Assembly: GCA_044344255.1 (NCBI GenBank)
Contig: JBIJDH010000016.1
Span: 96,001-160,000 of the forward strand
Reading direction: 5' to 3'
Source of the DNA: Myxococcota bacterium
GTDB taxonomy: Bacteria; Myxococcota_A; UBA796; UBA2385
DNA length: 64,000 bases
Shown here: positions 8,933 through 16,737 of the stretch, one piece after another
How positions within the stretch are numbered: the first letter of the stretch is position 1
How the letters are laid out: each line of letters starts with the position of its first letter
The notes under the pieces: generated by a model
The model's input: only the letters and a program-made list of their open reading frames with translations
The model's database searches: none
What the model was told of the DNA's origin: nothing
Translations under genes and position numbers: made by a program

Positions 8933-9711
8933 CGCCGGCAGACTGCCTCGCCGCCGGGCAGGCCGCCCTCCGCGCCCGCCGCCTCCCGAACGGGAGCTGG
9001 CCCTACCGCGAGGGGCAGCGGGGGCAGGTCGAGCCTACCCTCCTCGCCGCGGCCGCCGGGGAGCCCCTCGCCGAGGCCTGGCTGGCCGGACAGCGCCGCT
9101 CCTGGCCGATGTTGCTGCTCCCCGCGGTCGCCATGGCGCAGGCGCCTGCGCTCTCGGGCCCAGTGGTCGACTGGATCCTCTCAGCCACGAGCGAGATCGT
9201 GCCCGGCGTGGAGGACTTCGACGCCACCCTCCCCGGGTGGGGCTGGGTGGCCGACACCGCCCCCTGGGTCGAGCCCACCGCGGCCGCCGTGCTGAGCCTC
9301 GCGCGGGCGGGCGGGGCGGCGCTGCGGGTGGGGGAGGGGCGGGCGCTGCTGCGGGATCGCCAGTGTGCCGATGGCGGCTGGAATTACGGCAACCCGGCCG
9401 CCTTCGGCGTCCCCCTCGACAGCGAGCCCGGCTCGACCGCCTGGGCCTGCATGGCCCTCGGCGCCGACCCCGCCGCCGCCCTCGGGCGGGCCTGGCTCCG
9501 CGCGCAGGCGGATTGGCCGGGGAGCCGCGGTTCGGCCCTCGCGGCGCTGGCGCTGCTCGCCGCCGGGGAGGACGCCGCCGCCGCCCTCAACGCCCTCTGC
9601 GCGGCCTGGACCGCCCGCGGGCTCCCCGAGCGCAGCGACACGCTGGCCCTCGGCCTCGCCGCCCTGCTCACCGCGGAGGGGGCCCCCCATCCCTTCTTCA
9701 CCGCCCCCTGA
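8929..9711 (+). CDS. Prenyltransferase/squalene oxidase repeat (alpha/alpha toroid) protein
   Basis: QW-like repeats RLPNGSWPY and RQCADGGWNYGN; WVEPTA. Overlaps the upstream stop. Confidence 0.7.
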   Translation: MTPADCLAAGQAALRARRLPNGSWPYREGQRGQVEPTLLAAAAGEPLAEAWLAGQRRSWPMLLLPAVAMAQAPALSGPVVDWILSATSEIVPGVEDFDATLPGWGWVADTAPWVEPTAAAVLSLARAGGAALRVGEGRALLRDRQCADGGWNYGNPAAFGVPLDSEPGSTAWACMALGADPAAALGRAWLRAQADWPGSRGSALAALALLAAGEDAAAALNALCAAWTARGLPERSDTLALGLAALLTAEGAPHPFFTAP

Positions 9712-9751
9712 GGGCCGCGGCCCCTCGCGCCGCTGGCTGGGCAAGGTCGCC

Positions 9752-10690
9752 GTGGGGGCGGTCGGCGGCCTCGCCGTGGGCGGGCTCACGCTCGGAGCCC
9801 TCGAGCTGCGGCAGGCGCCAGCGCGGGTCGTGGCCCTCCGCGTCCGGGCCTACGACGATGAGCTGCACCTGCGGCTCGAGGAGGCGATCCGCGGCTTCCC
9901 GCGAGCCCTCGCGAAGCTCCGCGGCGGCCGGGTGCTGCTCAAGCCGAACCTCGTCGAGTTCCGCTCCACTCACCCCGTGAACACCGAGCCCGCCTTCGTC
10001 GTCGCCGCCGCGGAGGCCATGCGGCGCCTGGGCGCCCGCGAGGTGGTGGTGGGGGAGGGCCCCGGCCATGTGCGGGACACCGAGGCCCTGCTCGAGCTCT
10101 CCGGCCTCGGCGTCGCGCTCCGGGAGGCGCGCACCCCCTTCATCGACCTCAACCTCGACGAGGTGGTCGACGTCGCCCTGCCGCTCGGGCTCACCCGCCG
10201 GCGCACCCTGCCGGTCGCCCGGAGCGTCGCCGCCGCCGATCTCGTGGTCTCGCTGCCCCGCATGAAGACCCACCACCTCTGCGGGGTGACGCTCTCGCTC
10301 AAGAACATGCTGGGCGTGGTGCCGGGGGTGGAGGTGGGCTGGCCCAAGAACCCGCTGCACTGGCTCGGCATCGAGGCCTGCGTCACCGAGCTGTGGGCGG
10401 CCCTCCGCCCCGGCCTCGCGCTCGTAGACGGGCGGGTCGGGATGGAGGGCGACGGCCCGATCCTCGGAGCGCCGATCGAGCACGGCCTCGTGCTCGTCAG
10501 CGACGATCTGCCGGCCATCGACGCCTTCGCCGCGCGCTGCATGGGGATCGATCCCCGGCGGGTGGGCCACCTCGTCCAAGTGACGAAGGCGGGCGGCACC
10601 ACGTCGCGCTATCGGATCGAGGCCGCAGGCGACGACGCGCCCCGGCTGGCCTATGCTCTGCCCTCCCACCTCTCCCTGCTCGCAGGTTGA
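9752..10690 (+). CDS. DUF362 domain protein (start uncertain)
   Basis: VLLKPNLV, VVVGEGPG, PRMKTH, VTLSLKNMLG, GMEGDGP. A Tat-like SRRWLG segment lies just upstream in frame but has no start codon. Confidence 0.8.
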   Translation: MGAVGGLAVGGLTLGALELRQAPARVVALRVRAYDDELHLRLEEAIRGFPRALAKLRGGRVLLKPNLVEFRSTHPVNTEPAFVVAAAEAMRRLGAREVVVGEGPGHVRDTEALLELSGLGVALREARTPFIDLNLDEVVDVALPLGLTRRRTLPVARSVAAADLVVSLPRMKTHHLCGVTLSLKNMLGVVPGVEVGWPKNPLHWLGIEACVTELWAALRPGLALVDGRVGMEGDGPILGAPIEHGLVLVSDDLPAIDAFAARCMGIDPRRVGHLVQVTKAGGTTSRYRIEAAGDDAPRLAYALPSHLSLLAG

Positions 10691-10693
10691 CCC

Positions 10694-11215
10694 GTGCGCG
10701 CGGTCCCGGTCCTCACCCGCATCCTCCTCGTCGCCTTGCTCTCCGCTTCGGCGATGGCGAAGCTGCTGGAGTTCCCGCCGCTGGTCGCCCTCTTCGGCCT
10801 CGCCGGCCTCTCGGGGGCGGTGGTGCTGGTGAGCGGCTTGTTGCAGGTGCTGGCGGTGGGGATGTTGATCCCCGATCGAACCGTCCGCCTCGGCGCCGCC
10901 CTCGGCGCGGCCCTCTGCGGGCTGGGGGCGCGCGTGGCGGTCGCGTCCCCCGAGGGGCTGCTGGGCGGGGTCGTGCAGGTGGGAGGGGTCGGGCTGGCGC
11001 TGCTGATCATCGCCTGGCCCGCTCCGGGGCCCCGGCCTGCGCCCCCCGAGCCGCCGCGCGTCCCGATTGACCCCCAGGCCCTCCAAGGCCAGGTCACGCT
11101 GCGGCGGGGGCGACAGGGGACCGACGCCTCCCCGCCGACCCCCTGGGGGGCGAGCATGGCCCGCTCTGTGGACAGGGATAGAGACCCCGAAGACGAAGGC
11201 GAGGGAGAGCGCTGA
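10694..11215 (+). CDS. Membrane protein, possibly DoxX-like
   Basis: About four TM helices, SAMAKL motif; operonic spacing. Confidence 0.5.
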   Translation: MRAVPVLTRILLVALLSASAMAKLLEFPPLVALFGLAGLSGAVVLVSGLLQVLAVGMLIPDRTVRLGAALGAALCGLGARVAVASPEGLLGGVVQVGGVGLALLIIAWPAPGPRPAPPEPPRVPIDPQALQGQVTLRRGRQGTDASPPTPWGASMARSVDRDRDPEDEGEGER

Positions 11216-11851
11216 GTGACCCACCCGATTGACGCCCAGGGCCTGAGCGGCCCCGATGCCTATCGCCTCCTCATCTCGCTCATCGCGCCGCGGCCGATCG
11301 CCTGGGTGGGTACGCGCTCCGCAGCCGGGCAGGACAACCTCGCCCCTTTCTCCTTCTTCATGGGGGTGACCGGCCGACCGCCCACCCTCGCCCTCTCGGT
11401 GGCGCGGGGGCGACAGGGCGGCCTCAAGGACACCGCGCGTAACATCCTCGAGACAGGCGTCTTCACCGTCTCGACGGTCCCCTATTCGATGCGGGAGGCG
11501 ATGAACCAGAGCTCGGCGCCCTATCCGCCCGAGGTCAGTGAGCTCGAGGCCGCGGGGCTGGGCGTGATCGAGGGGGTCCGGGTGAACGCGCCCCGGCCCG
11601 CGGGGGCGCCGACCGTGATGGAGTGCCGCCTCGTGCACAGCCACGACCTCGGCTCGGCCCACCTCCTCGTCGGTGAGGTGCTCGTCTTTCACATCGAGGA
11701 GCGCGTCCTCCGCGTGGGAGAGGGCGGTCCCACCGTAGACACCCTCGGCCTCGACCTCATCAGCCGCCTCGGCGGCCCCGACTACACCCGAGTGACCGAG
11801 GCCTTCACCCTGCCGAGCCCGCAGGTCACTCCCCCCAAGACCGGCGGATGA
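11216..11851 (+). CDS. Flavin reductase-like FMN-binding protein
   Basis: PRPIAWV, NLAPFSFF, KDTARNILETGVF, MECRL, ISRLGGPDY. Confidence 0.92.
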   Translation: MTHPIDAQGLSGPDAYRLLISLIAPRPIAWVGTRSAAGQDNLAPFSFFMGVTGRPPTLALSVARGRQGGLKDTARNILETGVFTVSTVPYSMREAMNQSSAPYPPEVSELEAAGLGVIEGVRVNAPRPAGAPTVMECRLVHSHDLGSAHLLVGEVLVFHIEERVLRVGEGGPTVDTLGLDLISRLGGPDYTRVTEAFTLPSPQVTPPKTGG

Positions 11852-12639
11852 GGGCCCCCACGCGCGTCGCCCTGTCGGCGCTGCTGCTCGGCGCCTGCGG
11901 CCCCCGCACCGACGCCGAGCGGTACCGCGCCGCCCTCGTCGAGGCCGACGCCTATGCGCCCGCCGCGGACCTGTGCGGCGCCATCGGCGACCGGGGCGCG
12001 CGCGGCGACTGCCTCATCGCCGTGATGGAGCGCTTCCAGCGCCTCGAGGTCGCCGACTGCGACGCCATCCGCGACGGCCTCTGGCACGACGAGTGTGTCT
12101 TCGCCCTCGCCGAGCGCGCTCGCGCCCACGGCGACCTCGACCGCGGCCTCGAGCTCTGCCTCCAGGGCCGCTTCGCCCGCTCCTGCTCCTGGCACCTCCT
12201 CCAGGACGAGGTGGAGGCCTCCCTCGAAGACCCGCCGAAGGCCGCAGAGCTCCGTATCGCCTCCTTCGCGCACGCCCGCCGCATCCCCGACGCCGCCGTC
12301 CAGTTCTGGATGATCCGCTTCCGCGAGCGGTCCGCCGCCGGCCACCCCCTGGACGAGGTGGACTGCGAGGGCCTGAAGGACAGCCGGAGCTGCGAGGCCG
12401 CCGTCATCGGCTACGTGCGCCAGATCCTCGACGCCGTCGGCAACGCCAACCGCGAGCAGACCTGCAACGCCGCCCGCGGCGAGCGGGTGAAGGTGGGGCA
12501 GGCCCCCGCCTGGGCATCGGGTCCGGTCGCGCTGCGCGCCGAGGACGACTGGGTGCGCATGCGCTGCGCCGAGGGGGCCAAGCGCCTGCCCGGGGACGAG
12601 CCGCCGATGCCGCCGCCGCGCAGGCCACAGGGCGGCTGA
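11848..12639 (+). CDS. Hypothetical Cys-rich lipoprotein
   Basis: Lipobox LLLGAC; repeated C-x-x-I-x-D...C helical pairs; ATGA overlap. Confidence 0.7.
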   Translation: MRAPTRVALSALLLGACGPRTDAERYRAALVEADAYAPAADLCGAIGDRGARGDCLIAVMERFQRLEVADCDAIRDGLWHDECVFALAERARAHGDLDRGLELCLQGRFARSCSWHLLQDEVEASLEDPPKAAELRIASFAHARRIPDAAVQFWMIRFRERSAAGHPLDEVDCEGLKDSRSCEAAVIGYVRQILDAVGNANREQTCNAARGERVKVGQAPAWASGPVALRAEDDWVRMRCAEGAKRLPGDEPPMPPPRRPQGG

Positions 12640-12685
12640 GGCGGGCCGCCGAGTCCGGCCTGGGTGGCGCGCGGCGCGCCCTCGA

Positions 12686-13141
12686 TCAGGCCCGCCGATA
12701 CCGGGTCGTCATGAAGTGGCTCCAGGAGCCGTCCGCGCCCTGGACGAAGGCGCGGAGGGTCCGCTCGTCGTCGCTCAAGTGCTCAATCTCGTCGCGGTAC
12801 AAGGACAGGGTGCCGTCCCCGGAGAAGCTCGGCCCGGTGGCATAGAGGCGGAGCAGGTCGCCCTCCCGCTCCCCGTCGTAGACCCACTGGTGCGTCATCA
12901 TCGTGCCGATCCAGGTGCCGACGAAGCGCCCCGTGCGGGTGTCAAAGCCGAGCGTCATCAGCGTGACGCCGTACGCACCTTGACCGGCACCCTGCACCCA
13001 GATCTCGCCGATGCCCCGAACGGTCTCCGTGCCAGACATCGGCGGGTGGTCCTCGTGGCCGGGCACGGGCTCGGAGGCCCAGGTCCAATCGCCGAGGAGG
13101 CGGGCGAGCCAGCGGTGTTCAGAGGTCGGGTTCACGGTCAT
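12686..13141 (-). CDS. DUF1579 domain protein
   Basis: EHRWLARLLGDW, TLGFD...FVGTWIGTMM, GPSFSGDG...YRDEI, FMTTRYRR. Confidence 0.85.
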   Translation of the reverse strand: MTVNPTSEHRWLARLLGDWTWASEPVPGHEDHPPMSGTETVRGIGEIWVQGAGQGAYGVTLMTLGFDTRTGRFVGTWIGTMMTHQWVYDGEREGDLLRLYATGPSFSGDGTLSLYRDEIEHLSDDERTLRAFVQGADGSWSHFMTTRYRRA

Positions 13142-13284
13142 GGTGCGGCGCTCGGGGTGGAGGGTGTGGGCGGTGGATTATCCTGCTCGATCGGGCCGGC
13201 CAGCGAGCCGGGCGCGCGCGCTTCGGTGGGGGCGGAGCTCGGTGGGAGTGAGGTGGGCGGGGGATGGGCTCCGCGGGTGTCAGG

Positions 13285-13312
13285 GTGTTCTCCGCTCAGG
13301 CGGGGATGTTCC
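13285..13312 (+). repeat. Solitary type I-E-like CRISPR repeat (no array)
   Basis: GTGTTCTCCGCTCAGGCGGGGATGTTCC: TCTCCGC/GCGGGGA stem with a 4-nt loop. Hand alignment gives 21/29 identity to the E. coli repeat GTGTTCCCCGCGCCAGCGGGGATAAACCG. No second copy about 61 bp away. Confidence 0.55.
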
Positions 13313-13741
13313 AGACGTAGCTTGGTTGGACTGCGCCATCATCGGCGCCGCCTTTGCAAGACACCGAACAGAAGCGCTGTCCTGACCGACGGACTACTCG
13401 CCCGGGGGGCATCGGGCGGAGTTCGGGCTTTCAGCCGACAGCGCCCGATGGACCCGGACGCACGCTGTCCTCGTGGTGCCGGTGGACGCCATTGCAGCTC
13501 TCGACCAATTCGAAGCAGCGGAGATCTTCGCCGCCTGCGCTGTGGAGCCGATCGACGGCTGCGCGGTGGACACTTCAGTGCCTGGTGCCGCGCCGCGGCC
13601 TTCTGAACACGGCGAAATTGCACTGACCTCCTCTACCTCCGCGCGTCCGCGTGAGCCGGGCTCCATGAATTCAGCCGAACCTGTCGCAGGCTGCTCGGGT
13701 CAAGACCTCGACGTGGTGGTCGTGGACTTGCGGAGGGGCAC

Positions 13742-14482
13742 CTACTTCCCGAGCCCGTTCTTCCACGCAAGGACGAACTTGATCATCTCGGGGGTCGCGC
13801 GGTCGATCGCCTCAACGACGGGCGCGTTCTTATCCGAGATCCCGCTCCACTCCTCCCGTGTATGGTTGAAGATGGCGTGGTTGGCGAAGGCGAAGTTCGC
13901 TAATCGAAGATAGTTTATTAACTTCCTGAGCTCGTCGGGCGCCCCTGTCAGGGCCGGGAGCAGTGGCACCAGCATCTTCGTGATCGACCTCCGTGCGTTC
14001 ACCGGGGACCCGAAGACGTCACGGACTGACTCGATCCGTGCGAAGAACTGCGAGGCGATCGTCATTGACCCCGCCTTGCACCCGACGAGCACTACGGTGC
14101 GGGGCTGGAAGCGGGCCACGAGTTTGGGGAACTCTGACCACGAAATGGCCTTGTCGGACCCTACGCGGATCACCTCTTCGTTCGAGTGCGCGATGATGAT
14201 GATCGTTGAGAACGGCCGGTCAAGTGCGCCGAGCTGCGCTTCAAGATCCGCAATCGTCGTCGCCTCCACACTTCTTACTTCTGCGCTGCCCGCGAGCGTC
14301 AGCTTCGACGTCAACGCGAGAGTGCCCGCCGTCGCCAGCCCATCCTTCCGGAGCTTCTCGGTGTCGCACTGGATGATCAACAGCGCGGGGCGTTGAACTT
14401 CCGCGGACTCCTCCGCGCTGGAGGGATGAAGATCACCGCTGCTGCGCCGCGGCTGCGAGGAGCTCAATGTAGACCTGAACAT
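13742..14482 (-). CDS. Hypothetical protein with a caspase/CHAT-like His-Cys dyad (start uncertain)
   Basis: IIIIAHS and VVLVGCKAG resemble caspase-fold (CHAT) catalytic strands; AT-richer codon usage. Confidence 0.55.
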   Translation of the reverse strand: MFRSTLSSSQPRRSSGDLHPSSAEESAEVQRPALLIIQCDTEKLRKDGLATAGTLALTSKLTLAGSAEVRSVEATTIADLEAQLGALDRPFSTIIIIAHSNEEVIRVGSDKAISWSEFPKLVARFQPRTVVLVGCKAGSMTIASQFFARIESVRDVFGSPVNARRSITKMLVPLLPALTGAPDELRKLINYLRLANFAFANHAIFNHTREEWSGISDKNAPVVEAIDRATPEMIKFVLAWKNGLGK

Positions 14483-14628
14483 GACCGACTCCGGTTTGAC
14501 TTGCCCTCAGTAGGATCCGGTCGCAGGACGGCAAGGGGGCTGAGGAGAGAGCGGTCACTTTTTGACCGACCTTCGGAAATGGCCTGACGATACCGGTCGA
14601 CCTGAATAGGGTGGCGTCGGAGGTCACG

Positions 14629-15585
14629 ATGGCCATAGTCGATCTTTTCTCGAAGAAGATGAAGCGCCTGAGGGGCGAAATCCCCGACGTCTACCGGTAC
14701 GACGATCTTCCCCCTGAGCTTAGAGTTCAGATCATCCACATCTGGCGGGCGACGCTCGGGCACCACGTTGAGGCAACCCAAAGTGGCGAGTACTCATCAA
14801 CCACGTGCTGGCAGTTCGTGGTAGAGGCGCTACGGAGGGAGCGCGGTACGTTCCAGCTCATTAAGGAGCGAAGGTACAACACGCATGATGAAAACGAAGT
14901 CGCTCAATACTTTCTGGAGGAGGTGGATGTTGAGAAGGCTCTGGATGTGATTGGTATCGTATTTGGTGTCATTTTGGAATCTGCCAATAGATTGAATAGC
15001 GTACAGTATTATGAACGTCGTGGCGAGTTGAAGCAGAAGCCCGATGACGCTGTCACTGAGCTCAACGCCAGATTCAAGGAACACGGTGTCGGCTACCAGC
15101 TCGAGAACGGTCAGATCGTCCGCGTGGACTCTCAGCTCCTCCACGCAAATGTCGTCAAGCCCGCCCTCGCCCTGCTAAGCGACCCGTCGTTCGCGGGCCC
15201 GAACGACGAATTTCTGGGTGCGTACGACCATCACAGACACGGCCGGCAAGAGGAGTGCCTCGTGGATTGCCTGAAGGCGTTCGAGTCCACAATGAAGGTC
15301 ATCTGCGACCAGCGAGGATGGACCTATGACAAGAACAGGGACACGGTCTCGAAGCTAATCGAGATCGTCTTCAACGGAGGACTCATCGCCCCCCACGTCC
15401 AGAGCGAATTTACGGCCCTTCGGGGCATTCTGGAGAGCGGTTTGCCTCCTACACGGAATCGGAACGCGGGGCACGGACAGGGGGCGACGGTGCGGACGGT
15501 GCCGGCCCACATAGCGACCTACGCCCTCCACACGACGGCGGCGAATATCCTCTTTCTCGTGGAGTCGCACAAGGCGATGCCGTAG
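14629..15585 (+). CDS. Abortive-infection-like protein (STM4504/CBY_0614-type; AbiJ-like N-terminus plus HEPN/Abi_C-like C-terminus)
   Basis: N-terminus DLFSK...PDVYRYDDLP.ELRVQIIHIW; CLKAFESTMKVIC; RNRNAGHG fits the HEPN R-x4-6-H motif; GGAGG RBS; markedly AT-richer DNA. Confidence 0.8.
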   Translation: MAIVDLFSKKMKRLRGEIPDVYRYDDLPPELRVQIIHIWRATLGHHVEATQSGEYSSTTCWQFVVEALRRERGTFQLIKERRYNTHDENEVAQYFLEEVDVEKALDVIGIVFGVILESANRLNSVQYYERRGELKQKPDDAVTELNARFKEHGVGYQLENGQIVRVDSQLLHANVVKPALALLSDPSFAGPNDEFLGAYDHHRHGRQEECLVDCLKAFESTMKVICDQRGWTYDKNRDTVSKLIEIVFNGGLIAPHVQSEFTALRGILESGLPPTRNRNAGHGQGATVRTVPAHIATYALHTTAANILFLVESHKAMP

Positions 15586-15977
15586 GACGGGTTAGAATCT
15601 GAGTCACAAGCGGGGTAAGACCCCCCAAGAGAGCACCGCCCACATCGCGCCACACCGCGCGGAGCCGTCGCCATCCTCCGGTGGCCACACCGCCTTCGGC
15701 CAGGAGCCAGCGGGGGCAGGACTCTCCAACTAACATCTCCAAGCCGCATTCCCGCCCCATGCGTGGCCCGCGTTCCGCGCTTCGACCTCCCCCGGGCGCC
15801 CGCTGCCACGCCATAAGCCTTGGTGCCCACCACGACGCGTTCTTCGTCGATGACGCGACTCGCCGCCTGCGCCGCGACACCTCGCGCCGTTACCTGGCCG
15901 CGGGCCCACGCGTCCTCGCTTGGGGTCGATCCTCCCCATCGGATAGGGGGTCGGCCCCCTTCCTCGGAGCGTCTCCC

Positions 15978-16643
15978 ATGTTCGGATCGACCCTACTGGC
16001 CCTCGTCCTCGGTGGCCTCGTGTGCGGGGTTCTTGGCGTGGTGGTGGTGGCCATCGTCGTGGGGTTGGTCGTCTCGATGCGTCGCCGCTCCAGGGTACAA
16101 GCCCGAATGATCGAGGCGATGTCGCAGGCCCAGGCGGGGGCACAGGCTCCGGCCCCGGCGGAGAGCCCGCAAGTCGCAGACCAGCGCGTCCCGCTGCGAC
16201 GCTTCGGGCAATGCGCGGTCTTCATCATCACGGGGGACCAGGACTATGGCTACTTCCCCGCCGCGGCCCCACAACGAATGTTGAGCGGCTCCTGGGGCAT
16301 CACCGATGAAGGCGGCGCCCGGGCCCAGATCGAGGCGATGCTCAAGGGTCCGTCCGGAGCCGGCGGGGTGGCCTTCGACCAGGTGCGCGCCATTCACCTC
16401 TCCCGAGCGGCGGCGGGGGCCCTGTTCATCACCCAGGACGAGAGCTGGGAGCACGTCGCCCAGGCCGCGCGCCGCTTGCAGGGTCGTTACCAGAGCTGGA
16501 ACGCGCTCGGCGACGCTTATCTTGAGGGCAAGAACCGCTGGCTCTCTGAGCGGAGCCTCGACACAAATGACGGAACCGAGGCGAAGGTGGAGCGATTGAG
16601 GCGAGAGGTCTGGCCGACCTTTCCGATAGACTCGCTGCTTTAA
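15978..16643 (+). CDS. Membrane-anchored DUF1266-like protein
   Basis: N-terminal TM helix; LSGSWGITD, AFDQVRAIHLSR, YQSWNALGDAYLEG. Confidence 0.7.
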   Translation: MFGSTLLALVLGGLVCGVLGVVVVAIVVGLVVSMRRRSRVQARMIEAMSQAQAGAQAPAPAESPQVADQRVPLRRFGQCAVFIITGDQDYGYFPAAAPQRMLSGSWGITDEGGARAQIEAMLKGPSGAGGVAFDQVRAIHLSRAAAGALFITQDESWEHVAQAARRLQGRYQSWNALGDAYLEGKNRWLSERSLDTNDGTEAKVERLRREVWPTFPIDSLL

Positions 16644-16737
16644 TCAGCTCCATCCGCCGTTCCGTTTCTCCCACTCCCTTGTTGGGACTCCACGGCGAGT
16701 CTGCAAGCGCTCCACCGCAGCCACCGCGCTCCCCGAG

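Noticed and set aside
13224..13400. CRISPR array around the solitary repeat
   Set aside because: No second repeat about 61 bp up- or downstream and no cas genes, so not called as an array.
13603..13615. 13-bp match (ctgaacacggcga) to the tandem repeat at 1277 as a possible att site
   Set aside because: Matches of this length are expected by chance in 64 kb of GC-rich DNA; no integrase or tRNA nearby.
13320..13740. Possible pseudogene or IS remnant
   Set aside because: No recognisable protein motif, terminal inverted repeat or target duplication in any frame.
15929..15957. ATCCTCCCCATCGGATAGGGGGTCGGCCC as a second degenerate I-E-like repeat at the island's right side
   Set aside because: The stem is imperfect and it differs substantially from the 13285 copy; could be a chance GC hairpin.
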